Below are positions 30,580 to 40,493 of a DNA stretch of 64,000 nt, in pieces (positions within the stretch are counted from its first letter, which is position 1; every line of letters starts with the position of its first letter). The notes under the pieces are model-generated. The model had not been told where the DNA came from, made no database searches, and worked only from the letters and a program-made list of their open reading frames with translations. The DNA is from Thermoproteota archaeon (lineage in GTDB: Archaea > Korarchaeota > Korarchaeia > Korarchaeales > Korarchaeaceae). The translations under genes and the position numbers were made by a program. The DNA lies in NCBI GenBank assembly GCA_027491735.1, contig JAOZGP010000004.1:19523-83522 (forward strand), given 5' to 3'.

Positions 30580-31211
30580 ACCACGTCGGCGTTTACCAGA
30601 AGCTTCTTCACGATATCAATGCTGAGGATATTGAGAAGCCACCAACGGTGAGGATGGGATGTGATGAGAAGTACATTGTTATCTATTTCACTGAAAGATC
30701 CTCTGAGGCAGTTGAAAGCCTCCACGACAGTCAGTACGAGAGAAGTCATCCCCTCCTGGCTGATCCTGTCGGCTTCATTCATTGCAGCGACTGATGTGTA
30801 GCAAACATCAGTGATGGCCTTCATCCACAGGCTTGTGGATTTGGGTGCTCTTCTCTTAGACCAGACGCCCTTCCTATATCTCTCCATCAGATGGAGCACC
30901 TCCACCACAGTGGGAATGTTCATCGCCCCCGTAGGTCTTACTGACGGATCGCCGTACGACCCTCTGAGACCACCTCTCGAGTAGATTATTAAGGTCCTCC
31001 AATCACCAAGCTTCGTGTTTAGAGAAGCTCTTCCAAATATCCTCAGGACATAACACCACTCCTGAGACATCTGCTCATAGCTGAGGATTGCAGGGACCTC
31101 TCCCATCACCAGGAGTATGTAAAAGCCTCTCTCTCCAGCTGTCCAGCCAGATATCTCACATCCTTCCGGCAGTGCCCTTTCCAAGAAGTGTGTGACGGAT
31201 CTGTACTTCAA
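30567..31211 (-). CDS. hypothetical protein, paralog of 48821-49474
   Basis: Shares RSV..FLE..LP, ILSY, EW..VLR, WSKR, VLTV.EAFN and WW with that ORF. Confidence 0.75.
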   Translation of the reverse strand: MKYRSVTHFLERALPEGCEISGWTAGERGFYILLVMGEVPAILSYEQMSQEWCYVLRIFGRASLNTKLGDWRTLIIYSRGGLRGSYGDPSVRPTGAMNIPTVVEVLHLMERYRKGVWSKRRAPKSTSLWMKAITDVCYTSVAAMNEADRISQEGMTSLVLTVVEAFNCLRGSFSEIDNNVLLITSHPHRWWLLNILSIDIVKKLLVNADVVQVE

Positions 31212-31294
31212 TCAGCACCACCTCTTCAATGGATCGTTCCTCCAGCTCAAAGAGAGCGCCTTTTTAAAAATCCTTTTTTGGACCGGAGCTGTTG

Positions 31295-32035
31295 TCAGAA
31301 CTTAATCCCTCGGATCACGTACACCCTATCCAGAGGGGTCGGGCGAGAGTCGCTCACCTCAGGATCAAGGCCGCACCTCCTCATGATCGACGCCGTGAAA
31401 TCCACTCCCGTTAAAGAGGACGTCGTCGTCAAGAGTTCTCCTCCATACCTCAGCAGCTTGGAGGCGTGCTTGAGCATCTTCCTCAGGATCCTCAAATCTG
31501 AGCCCCCACACCAGTTCAGGTCGAGATCATCGAGGGGCTCCACCGGAAGATAAGGAGGATTAACAATTATGTAATCCGCTTTTATGCGAGGACTTCCGAG
31601 CCTAAAGTTGGCATTAGCGTTGTTCATCTTGGCGTTTAACCTCGAGGCAGCCACGGCCACCGGATTTATGTCGTAGCCGAGGACCATCTCTGGATTGAAG
31701 TTCAAAGCAGCGTATATCGAGATCACACCAGATCCGGATCCCGCCTCCACCACCACACCTCTGGGATCAAGGTTTTTTATCAGGAGTCCCGTGGAGCAAG
31801 TAAAGACCGGGTTAAAAACAGAGTATGGGATGTACAGGCTCATGTCACAGAACTTAAAGCATGTCCTCACTCTTGGAACCACCTTATGTGTGATCCTCAG
31901 AAGCCATCGTGCGATCTCTGCTCTCTTCACCACCGATCCGATGAACTTGCTGGGATCCCTAAAAACCTTCACATAGTGATTGGATCCCCTCAAACACACG
32001 GGCAAATCAATTTTTAACTTCGTACACAACAACAC
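31295..32035 (-). CDS. HemK/PrmC-like SAM-dependent methyltransferase
   Basis: EAGSGSG, DINP and NPPY motifs. Confidence 0.85.
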   Translation of the reverse strand: MLLCTKLKIDLPVCLRGSNHYVKVFRDPSKFIGSVVKRAEIARWLLRITHKVVPRVRTCFKFCDMSLYIPYSVFNPVFTCSTGLLIKNLDPRGVVVEAGSGSGVISIYAALNFNPEMVLGYDINPVAVAASRLNAKMNNANANFRLGSPRIKADYIIVNPPYLPVEPLDDLDLNWCGGSDLRILRKMLKHASKLLRYGGELLTTTSSLTGVDFTASIMRRCGLDPEVSDSRPTPLDRVYVIRGIKF

Positions 32036-32373
32036 CCCCCTCTTAAGCCTTCCTCAGCCACTCGCACCCATCCAGCCTCATAACTTCAACGATAAACGAC
32101 TCATAAACATTCCACTCGTACCCCATCTTCGTCAACAAATTGGCGAGATTCTCAGCTCCTCTCTCACCTCACTTCATCCACTTGTTCTTCATTCTCTTCA
32201 GCTATATTCACTCTGGCTTGAGATCTTGTACATTCAGGACCTCAGCACCGATAAAAACAAACTAGAGGTTCCGGGAACAAGGTAGTGGATGTCACGCTTT
32301 TCACTGCCCATGAATCAGTCCACCCCAGTGAGGATTTCAGTAGTGACGTACTCGTGTCAGAACGATGGTTCGG

Positions 32374-33897
32374 TCAGATGGGCTCCCTATTGTTTGTGAG
32401 AAAAACCACCACTGCCGAGAACACTAACAGCTCCACAAGGAGCAGGTCCCCAGATCTCAGCGGAAGGCTAATGCCAAGAGACCATCTGATGAAGAGAGGT
32501 ATCAGGGATACTGCCGTCATGACTCCCGCCACTACCATATCCACGAGCAGCATTATCAAGGTCCATCCCTGTCCCAAGGTCTGTCTAGACCAGGAGGCCA
32601 TCTCTCTGGGAAGCCTCATCATGATGAGATAGGAATCCAAGAAAAGGAACCCTATTGACGATAAGAGGAAAGCTAGAGCGACTTTAGCACCGATCAGAGG
32701 GACGTCCATCATCAGGAGAAAGTACATCAGAGATATAGGGATCGCCAATACGGCCAGGGCCAGGGCCTTGGAGCGGACGATGCTACCCTTAGTTATTGGA
32801 AGCAGGTATAAGAACCTGGAGTCGCTTCCCTCCGTTAAGTAGAGGTTTCCTACAGCAGACCCCACGGCAGTGCCCATCCAAGGCATGAGGATCAAGATCA
32901 AGGAGTACAGCTTGTGCACCGATCCGAAGAAGAAAGGTGACGCGGCAAACAGAGGGATGAAGAACACATATATGGTCGATGCCAGCATTCTAGAGTTTCT
33001 GATGAGAAGCTTGAGGTCTTTGAAGACTGGAGAGGGTAGAGGTCCGCTCCAAAGCTTCCACTGAAGCTTCACATCTGATCCCGGCTTTACTATCAGCATC
33101 TCAGCTGAGAGAGCCCTCCAGAATCTATCCGCTCCTGTTTTGAACAGAAGCATTGAGAAAAGGAGAAACGCCAGAGAGGAGGTTACACTCAGAGGGCTTC
33201 CAGCGGAGGCAGATCCAAAGGAGAAAGGGGGAATCGCCTCAAGAAGGTCCTTGGAGGTTTTAAGGCTGGATTGTGGTGAATGAGAGAAGGAGAAGTTGTT
33301 CACTGCCATGAATACAAAGCCGAAGCTCATAACCGCCAACCAAGCCAAGGTGCTCAGGATCCTGGAGAGAGGCCTTCCTGATAGCTTAGGACTCACGGAC
33401 CCCGCAATATATCCAATTCCAACCGATAGTAGGAGAAGAGAGACTGCTTCAAGGGATCCCCACAGGATGAGATAGAGATTGTGTGTTAAGAGGGCTCCGG
33501 CCACGGCAGCAGGTAGCACGATGAAGAGGAGTCCAATGCCTCCCCAATAGAGAACTATGTAGAGCAGGGACTTCCTTATCTCTCTCTCATTGAGGGGGAG
33601 ATAGGTCAGAGGATCCAGAAGCTTGTCGGACACCATGTTCTGAAGGGCAGGGGCCGTGGTTATGATGCCGAAGAAGAGCTCCATGAGACCGGCGAATCCC
33701 AGACCCAGAGCCGGACTTGACGTCACCATAAAGCCGAACGTAGTGGAAAACATTGAGAAGAACGCCACCGTCACTAGGTTCGACTTCAAGAGGCTCCCAG
33801 TTCCGAACGAGAGCCTTCTCATGCTCCCGGTTCTCCTCCCAGCCCTGTACTGAGCTTCTTTAGCTAGAATTTCAGATATTCTAAACCAGTTTACCAT
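32374..33897 (-). CDS. ABC transporter permease (two-repeat ABC-2-like)
   Basis: Many TM helices, LTYLPL and LYLLPI motifs, KDLKLLIR; follows the ABC ATPase. Confidence 0.75.
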   Translation of the reverse strand: MVNWFRISEILAKEAQYRAGRRTGSMRRLSFGTGSLLKSNLVTVAFFSMFSTTFGFMVTSSPALGLGFAGLMELFFGIITTAPALQNMVSDKLLDPLTYLPLNEREIRKSLLYIVLYWGGIGLLFIVLPAAVAGALLTHNLYLILWGSLEAVSLLLLSVGIGYIAGSVSPKLSGRPLSRILSTLAWLAVMSFGFVFMAVNNFSFSHSPQSSLKTSKDLLEAIPPFSFGSASAGSPLSVTSSLAFLLFSMLLFKTGADRFWRALSAEMLIVKPGSDVKLQWKLWSGPLPSPVFKDLKLLIRNSRMLASTIYVFFIPLFAASPFFFGSVHKLYSLILILMPWMGTAVGSAVGNLYLTEGSDSRFLYLLPITKGSIVRSKALALAVLAIPISLMYFLLMMDVPLIGAKVALAFLLSSIGFLFLDSYLIMMRLPREMASWSRQTLGQGWTLIMLLVDMVVAGVMTAVSLIPLFIRWSLGISLPLRSGDLLLVELLVFSAVVVFLTNNREPI

Positions 33898-34656
33898 TTA
33901 GGCACCCCATAGGGTATCCAGAAGTTCCTTCAGATCGCTCTCAAGTCCCGTGACCTTCATGAAGATGGACTCGAGATCGGCAGCCCTCACCTTGTTTCTG
34001 AGCTCATCTGTGGATCCTTTGGCCACCAGCTTGCCCTTGTACACTATGGTCACCTCATCCGCCACCGCTTCGGCTATCTCAAGAACATGAGTGGAGAAGA
34101 TCACCGTATTTCCTTCGTTCGCGTACTTTCTCATCATCTCCTTCAACACACGACCCACTTCGGGATCTAGACCTGAGAAGGGCTCGTCCAGTATCAGAAC
34201 CTTGGGATTGTGGAATAAAGCTGAGGCCACAAGAATTTTTCTCTTGTTTCCATGGCTCAGCTCACCTATCAGCTTGTTCATGTTCTCCTCCATCTTGAAG
34301 AGCTTTGCTAGAAATCTAATTCTTTGCTCCGCCTCCTCTCTCGGAATACCGTAGACCTCGCGTAGAAAGGAGAAGAGCTCGGTCAGTGTGAGGCTCTCGT
34401 ACAATATTATCTCCTCAGGAGCGTAGCCAACAACCCTTCTGACCTTCAAGGCATCACTGATGGGGTTCATTCCGTCGACCAAGACCTCACCGGAGTCAGG
34501 CCTCACGACGCCCAAGGCCATCTTCATCATCGTGCTTTTTCCGGACCCGTTCGGACCTAGGAGTGCGTTTATCCTACCTGCGTCGAACTTAACGGAGATT
34601 CCGTCAACGGCCACCACGCCGCCATATCTCTTGACGACGTTTCTGTACTCAAGCAT
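33898..34656 (-). CDS. ABC transporter ATP-binding protein
   Basis: GPNGSGKST, LSHG, LILDEPFSGLD and STH motifs. Confidence 0.95.
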   Translation of the reverse strand: MLEYRNVVKRYGGVVAVDGISVKFDAGRINALLGPNGSGKSTMMKMALGVVRPDSGEVLVDGMNPISDALKVRRVVGYAPEEIILYESLTLTELFSFLREVYGIPREEAEQRIRFLAKLFKMEENMNKLIGELSHGNKRKILVASALFHNPKVLILDEPFSGLDPEVGRVLKEMMRKYANEGNTVIFSTHVLEIAEAVADEVTIVYKGKLVAKGSTDELRNKVRAADLESIFMKVTGLESDLKELLDTLWGA

Positions 34657-34757
34657 TACTACCTGCTGAACGATCCGGAAGAGTTTTATAAATTTTTTAC
34701 AAATGATCTGGAAATCCGACTCAGGTCATTGCCTCCCCGGTTGGGATGTGGCCGGCA

Positions 34758-35354
34758 TCAGATCTCTGAGAACTTAGCGGTCCAGCTATCGAAGTCCACA
34801 ACAGCACATCTTCCCTGAAAGGCAGGTCCAGGGTTGACTACCACGGTTTCCCAGAGAGTGAAAATTGCTGGGCTCTCATGCACGTGTCCACACAGACATA
34901 ATCTCGGCTTGAGCTCTCTGATGACCCTCCTGACTCTTTTGCTCCCCACATGTCGACCGATGAATGCCAGATCCGCCTCCGTGTTTAAGGGTGGAATGTG
35001 GGACACCAATACCCACTCATCATCCGGGCTCACGAGGCTGAACAATCTTTCCTCGTCCTTCTTCTCAGTATAGGGACCCATACCAGCGAATTTAACACCA
35101 TGAAGCTCGATCGTCTTTCCATCAAGCAGGATCCCGAGCTCCTCTGCTACATCCACAACCGAGTAAGGGTCCATGTTCCCCGATGAGTATAAGGTGTTGA
35201 AGCTCGATGTCAGCTCTCTCAGGACTGAGGTGCTCTCCACGTCACCGCTCATAACTATTAGCTCTGCTCCGATCCTTTTAGCTGCCTCAACAATCCTACT
35301 AGCAGCGACTCTGGCGTGCACATCGGAAATGTGCAGGGCCCTCATGTAGATCAC
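34758..35354 (-). CDS. calcineurin-like metallophosphoesterase
   Basis: SDVH, GD, GNMD, SHIPP and GHVHE motifs. Confidence 0.9.
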   Translation of the reverse strand: MIYMRALHISDVHARVAASRIVEAAKRIGAELIVMSGDVESTSVLRELTSSFNTLYSSGNMDPYSVVDVAEELGILLDGKTIELHGVKFAGMGPYTEKKDEERLFSLVSPDDEWVLVSHIPPLNTEADLAFIGRHVGSKRVRRVIRELKPRLCLCGHVHESPAIFTLWETVVVNPGPAFQGRCAVVDFDSWTAKFSEI

Positions 35355-35355
35355 C

Positions 35356-36108
35356 TCATGTAAGATCTCCGCAGGAGCACCAGACCTCCTTGAGAAGATC
35401 CATCAGATTATTAAAGCCTGCGGACTTCAGAGCGGATATCCCTACCACCCTCACAGGCCTGAAGAAGGAGGAGATTGCCTTGATGAGTTCTCTGAGAACC
35501 TCTCCTATTACCCCTTCAACAGTGAGATCTCCAGACATAACGGCGGACCAGATCCTTCTAGCATCTATATCTCCCCAGAGATCACTCTTATTGACTGTGG
35601 GGATAACTGGCACCGCTAACTTGAGCTCAACAAGCCTGGACATCATCGCTGCAAAGGCTGCATCCTCGGCTTCTCTCCCCAGCTCATGGTCACCGAGAAA
35701 TACCCCGACCAAGGGACATGTCCTAGATATCGTCTCAGCTATTCTCCTGCCGGTGGGCCTCAAGGCGAAGAGGTCCATCTGACCAGGCGTGTCCACTATC
35801 ACGTAGTCACAGTCCATGGATCCTATCCTTTCGACCAGCTCTTCGGAGATCTCGAGGATGAGATCCATGCACCTCAGCAGCGCACCGTTCGGTCCAAGCC
35901 CCTCCTCTCTCATCAACTTCCTCAAGCTGACGTAGTTCCTGATGTCTATATCCGGGGAGTATGGGAGCACCTCAGCTCCAGGATCCATGTTCATAGTTCT
36001 GACAGTCACTTCGTACTCCTTTGAGAGCCACCTGCTCAGAGAACCTGTTAACGTACTCTTTCCCGATCCAGCAACTCCTAAAATTAGAATCCCTTCCATA
36101 CTCCTCAC
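35356..36108 (-). CDS. GPN-loop GTPase
   Basis: GVAGSGKST, NMDPG, GLGPNGAL, DTPGQ and NKSD motifs. Confidence 0.93.
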   Translation of the reverse strand: MRSMEGILILGVAGSGKSTLTGSLSRWLSKEYEVTVRTMNMDPGAEVLPYSPDIDIRNYVSLRKLMREEGLGPNGALLRCMDLILEISEELVERIGSMDCDYVIVDTPGQMDLFALRPTGRRIAETISRTCPLVGVFLGDHELGREAEDAAFAAMMSRLVELKLAVPVIPTVNKSDLWGDIDARRIWSAVMSGDLTVEGVIGEVLRELIKAISSFFRPVRVVGISALKSAGFNNLMDLLKEVWCSCGDLT

Positions 36109-36189
36109 TCCGCGACCATCTCGATATGCTCCGAATCCAGGCGAAAAGGTTATCTGTAGTACTATCTGTGAAAGGTTTGGGTGGAAGGA

Positions 36190-36378
36190 TTGTGTGAGGG
36201 CATCGCATACCTGCTCAGAGAGGATAACAAAGAAAGGCTGATGGATGAGGTCGCCTATCTTGAGGTTAAGGAAGACGAACTTATTCTTATAAACGAGGAT
36301 GGTATCAGGAGAGTTTTAGACAGGTTCAAGGAGATCAGGGTCGACATGATCAAGCATGAGATCATCGTAGTTCCCTGA
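36190..36378 (+). CDS. cooT: CooT-family nickel-binding CODH accessory protein
   Basis: A TTG start gives MCEGIAYL..LMDEV..VDMIKHEII, with the Cys2 and C-terminal His pattern of CooT. Confidence 0.8.
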   Translation: MCEGIAYLLREDNKERLMDEVAYLEVKEDELILINEDGIRRVLDRFKEIRVDMIKHEIIVVP

Positions 36379-36748
36379 GGGGGTAACGAACTAGTTTCCA
36401 TGAGCCGACTGGGTGGTTGTGGGAGCTGTCTGAGGTTATTGTCATGCCAGATAGCGTGAGCTGGCACTTGTAATTGTTCAGAGGTCGTAAGGCATGATTA
36501 AAGCTGCTGGAAGGCTTGGCAATTCTAGTTAACGAAAAAACGGACTGGAAGTAGGTCAACAAAGCCCATCGCGAGTTCGTTGGGAGAGTTTCCTGTGAAC
36601 ACCCTGAAACTCATCAGATAGATCCATCTAGGACGCACTCTCTCAAGGAAGGCGCCGAACTACATTCAAGTCCCGGTCTCGATCTGATGTGGAGCTTACT
36701 TCTCGTTATGAGAACTTGAAGTTGACGAGCCTCCTTCCGTGATGTCGC

Positions 36749-36774
36749 AAACTAGTATATTTATATACTGGTTT
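36749..36774. promoter_or_regulatory. inverted repeat operator overlapping the TATA box of the wHTH-grs operon
   Basis: aaactagtatat-tt-atatactggttt (12-bp arms, 1 mismatch), ending 13 bp before the start codon. Confidence 0.65.
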
Positions 36775-36787
36775 ATCTATTAACTGG

Positions 36788-37192
36788 TTGATGCCGTTCC
36801 GTCCGGTCCACGGGAAGATACTCGATGTCCTGGCAGCCCACCCACAGGGGCTGTGCTTCAACAGCCTCAGCCAGAAACTTAAGGGGGTAATCTCAAGAGT
36901 TGTCCTGCTCAAGGAGGTCAAGAGACTTGAGGACGCTGGTGTCATCGTTGTGGAGAGGGATCCAGGTCATAAGCAGAGGAAGATATTCAAGCTTGCATCA
37001 TCGGTGAGAGATCTACTGTTATTTTTGGGTGAGGAGATCAGGTCTGGCGAGAGAAAAGCCTGTGATATAGCTGTTGATCTGATAAACAGGTACGCCAGCA
37101 TCAAGAGCGGTTTGAGGAACGAGTTCCTCAAGGAATATCTAAAGTACTCTGTCCTGACGAGAATTGAGGTTCTGATGGAGGAGGTGGCTTAG
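36788..37192 (+). CDS. winged-helix transcription regulator (HxlR/ArsR-like)
   Basis: LCFNSL..ISRVVL..VKRLEDAGVI..HKQRKIFKL pattern. Confidence 0.75.
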   Translation: MMPFRPVHGKILDVLAAHPQGLCFNSLSQKLKGVISRVVLLKEVKRLEDAGVIVVERDPGHKQRKIFKLASSVRDLLLFLGEEIRSGERKACDIAVDLINRYASIKSGLRNEFLKEYLKYSVLTRIEVLMEEVA

Positions 37193-37453
37193 ATGTCGTC
37201 GGAGGTCTCCGTCGTGGTGGAGAGGGTAGACGATCAGGTGTTGGAGAAGCTCATTGGGTTAGCCATGTCCAGCCGGAGAATCAACATATACCTCAATGGA
37301 ATTCCCTCTGAGATCATCAAGGCCCTCAGATCGGTGATAACCTCCAATACATCAAGATCAATCAGGTTATACTGCTCAATCCCAGAGGATCCTCCTGGAG
37401 AGGTGATAAGGTTTCCTCCAGTGAGCCGGCAGGGAGAACGTTGCGAAGCATGA
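37193..37453 (+). CDS. small hypothetical protein
   Basis: 86-aa ORF with a ribosome site, in operon between the regulator and the Grs homolog. Confidence 0.65.
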   Translation: MSSEVSVVVERVDDQVLEKLIGLAMSSRRINIYLNGIPSEIIKALRSVITSNTSRSIRLYCSIPEDPPGEVIRFPPVSRQGERCEA

Positions 37454-37465
37454 GGAGGTGATGTC

Positions 37466-38968
37466 ATGCATGACGTGGTTCTCTCAGCAGACAGGACGAT
37501 GATGTCGAACCATCATGGGAAGGAGTTCCTCGGCTTCGTCGCAACAGGCCCCCCAGTGGGGATTCCGGAGTTCCTTTGGATGTGGGTAGCCGCTCCGAAG
37601 ATGAAGGTCGATGATGAGGGAAGGGTTTGGCAGGCTCCTTACGGGATCAGGAAAATAGAGGCCGCCCTGTCGGACGCCGGTTTCGACGTCGCCACAATAG
37701 ATCCGGATCATCTCCACAAGCACATACCAGGGGCGAAGGTTCTGGCGATAGGGCATCATGACTACTTCTCCCTCGGTCCCCCAAGCAGTGAGTGGTGGGT
37801 GTTGACCAGGAAGGAACCGGTGAACAGGAAGAGCTTCATCAAGTTCATGGAGAAGCCCGAGATAAGGAAGGGGAAGGAAAAAGGAATGAAGATAATAGTT
37901 GGAGGACCTGCAGCTTGGCAGTGGATCTGGGCTCCTGAGTACATAGACAGGTGGGGGATCGACTGTATAGTGGATGGGGAGGCCGATAAGGTTATAGTTG
38001 ATCTCGTTGAGAAGGCCATGAACGACAAAGATCTCCCCCTTTACGTTCAGGTCGGTGTTGATGAGGTCCCCTCACTTGAGGAGATTCCTCTGATAAAGCA
38101 CGCATCCGTAAATGGGCTTGTGGAGATAATGAGGGGATGCCCAAGGGGGTGTAAGTTCTGCTCGGTGACGCTCAGGCCTCTCAGATGCTACACGCTCGAC
38201 ATGATTGAGGAGGAGTTAAAGGTTAACGCCAGAGAGGGAGTCAAGGGATGCATCCTGCACTCAGAGGACGTCCTGCTCTATGGAGCAGATGGTGTGAAGC
38301 CGAGACCTGGACCCCTCCTTAAGCTCCACAGACTCGCCAAGAAGTACTCAAATCAGGTGGGGTGGAGTCACTTCAGCCTCGCGGCAGTCAAGTACGCTGA
38401 GGACAACTACGGACTGGTGAGCAGGCTTTCTGAGATGCTCAGGGAGGATCAGGATGACTTCATAGGGGTCGAGGTTGGAGTGGAAACTGGATCTCCAAGG
38501 CTCGCCAGGAGGATAATGCCTGCGAAGTCCCTTCCGTATCCAGCGGACCTATGGCCGGAGGTTGTCGTTGACGCCTTCGCCATAATGCACGATGCTCACG
38601 TGATACCGGCGGCAACCCTGATAATAGGCCTCCCGGAGGAGACTCCTGATGATATAATAAAGACCATAGAACTCGTTGAGGACCTTAAGGAATTTAGAAG
38701 TCTTATAGTTCCCATGTACTTCGTTCCTATGGGTGCTCTTAGGGGTAGGGACTGGTACAAGGTCCAACCGACAGATGAGCAGATGGATCTCATGAAGATC
38801 TGTCTCAGCCACGACCTATATTGGGTGGAGGGCATGATCGAGTGGTACTTCAGAAACTCAAATCCGCTCCTTAGGAAGGCGGTTAGGATGTTCATATCGT
38901 TCGTGAAGAAGGTTGCTAGATCGCATGGAATAGCTTTTGAGGAGGATATCAGAGTTGCTGTCAAGTGA
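37466..38968 (+). CDS. grs: GDGT ring synthase homolog (GrsA/B family radical SAM)
   Basis: ADRTMMSNHHGKEFLGF, APYGIRKIEAAL and EIMRGCPRGCKFC motifs, as in Sulfolobales GrsA/B. Confidence 0.82.
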   Translation: MHDVVLSADRTMMSNHHGKEFLGFVATGPPVGIPEFLWMWVAAPKMKVDDEGRVWQAPYGIRKIEAALSDAGFDVATIDPDHLHKHIPGAKVLAIGHHDYFSLGPPSSEWWVLTRKEPVNRKSFIKFMEKPEIRKGKEKGMKIIVGGPAAWQWIWAPEYIDRWGIDCIVDGEADKVIVDLVEKAMNDKDLPLYVQVGVDEVPSLEEIPLIKHASVNGLVEIMRGCPRGCKFCSVTLRPLRCYTLDMIEEELKVNAREGVKGCILHSEDVLLYGADGVKPRPGPLLKLHRLAKKYSNQVGWSHFSLAAVKYAEDNYGLVSRLSEMLREDQDDFIGVEVGVETGSPRLARRIMPAKSLPYPADLWPEVVVDAFAIMHDAHVIPAATLIIGLPEETPDDIIKTIELVEDLKEFRSLIVPMYFVPMGALRGRDWYKVQPTDEQMDLMKICLSHDLYWVEGMIEWYFRNSNPLLRKAVRMFISFVKKVARSHGIAFEEDIRVAVK

Positions 38969-39259
38969 GTCTTGGGATGAACGCTGGAATAAGGAGAGTT
39001 GCTCATGCTGTTAGTTATTTGACACCAGTGAGGAATCTTGCTGGAGAAATTCCTAGCAACCGGTAGCATCTAGAGACTATTCTTACCAAAAAGTCACTAA
39101 GAAATCTCATGAATTCATGAGGTGAGTTAGGGAAGGTGTGAAAGCTAAGTTCAAGAGCGCATCGATGAGACTGCAGAAAAAACGCGCGATGCCATGACCT
39201 TAGCCCTGCCCTGATCCATCCTCTCACAGGAGGTTTTCTTAGCAATATTCCGTAAAAAT

Positions 39260-40021
39260 TTAGAGAAGGTTTCTGGGTACTGGTGTGAAGTGCTCTTCGA
39301 GGCCGAGATCTTTAAATGGAGATCCCATGGCCCTAGCGATGAGTTGGGTGAAGTGGAGGATTGGAAGAGATCCTCCTCCATAGAAGTCGAGCATAAAGTG
39401 GCATAGATTACACATCGTGACGATGGCATCAGCTCCTGCCTCCTTAGCTGATTCCACCACGGATCTGGCCATCTCAACAGCAACATTGGGTTTCCTGAGG
39501 GTTAGAGGTCCCCCGCAGCACTTGAGCCTCATAGAAAAATCTACAGGTTTGGCTCCTATAGCTTCCATCAGATCCTCAAGCATGTGCGGATCTTCTGGAT
39601 CATCTATGGCGAGATCTCTCGGCCTGAGGGCTTGACATCCGTAATAGGTGGCTACCTTCAAGTCAAGGCTCCTCACTACCCTCTTCCTCAGCTCCTCAAC
39701 GCCCACTTCATCGTGCAGGAACTTGACGAGGTGATCTATTGAGCCCCCTCCTCTGTTTATGTTGCTGTAACATCCACTACACCCAGTTATCAGTCTCTTC
39801 TGACCGGCTTCCCTCATTATTATGTCCGTGAGTCCTCTCACTATGTTCACATCTACGAGTTCGGCTTCAAGGGTGCCGCAGCAGGGGGCCCTGTCCAGGA
39901 TCACAGGTTCAAAACCCAGCTTCCTAAGGACAGAGATCGCCGTCCTGAGGTAAGCCTTCTCGGTTGTCTTAGCGGAGCAGCCAGGATAATAGGCCACAAC
40001 CCCAGTGGTCTCATCTGACAA
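39260..40021 (-). CDS. hdrB: heterodisulfide reductase subunit B
   Basis: Two CCG domains: YYPGC..CCG..CSGC and YYGC..CCGG..CNLC. Confidence 0.92.
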   Translation of the reverse strand: MSDETTGVVAYYPGCSAKTTEKAYLRTAISVLRKLGFEPVILDRAPCCGTLEAELVDVNIVRGLTDIIMREAGQKRLITGCSGCYSNINRGGGSIDHLVKFLHDEVGVEELRKRVVRSLDLKVATYYGCQALRPRDLAIDDPEDPHMLEDLMEAIGAKPVDFSMRLKCCGGPLTLRKPNVAVEMARSVVESAKEAGADAIVTMCNLCHFMLDFYGGGSLPILHFTQLIARAMGSPFKDLGLEEHFTPVPRNLL

Positions 40022-40493
40022 TCCTCCTCACCTCCCTCCTGATCTCTTCGGGAACTCCTCCTCCCTCCTTCAGTATCCCGGCCAACTTTACTCCCTTGAA
40101 CCCAGCCATCTTAAGCGATCCGAGAACCCCGATCGAAGAGATTGCGACCTTAGCTGGGTTTATGAACGCTCTCCTTCTAAGCTCGTCCATGAAGGCCTTC
40201 TCGATTCTCCCAACCCCATACTTCCTGACTCTCATGTTCGACAGGGCCGTAGCTATGTCCGGGAAGCTGAGGCCCTGAGGACACCTCACCGTACAGAGGT
40301 AGCAGTGGAGGCAGGGCTCGTAAAGCCTCTTGTCCACCACCTCGTCCATTCCCATCTGTACCATGTGCACCAGCTTGTTTGGCCTGAAATCGTCTACTCC
40401 GACGACTTGGCATGATGAAGCGCACTCGCCGCACTGGAAACACTTGTAGACATCCTGGCCGGATATCTTGAGAACTTCATTGGCAAGGATCAT
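40011..40493 (-). CDS. hdrC: heterodisulfide reductase subunit C
   Basis: CFQCGECASSC and CLHCYLCTVRCPQG motifs. Confidence 0.9.
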   Translation of the reverse strand: MILANEVLKISGQDVYKCFQCGECASSCQVVGVDDFRPNKLVHMVQMGMDEVVDKRLYEPCLHCYLCTVRCPQGLSFPDIATALSNMRVRKYGVGRIEKAFMDELRRRAFINPAKVAISSIGVLGSLKMAGFKGVKLAGILKEGGGVPEEIRREVRRIVR

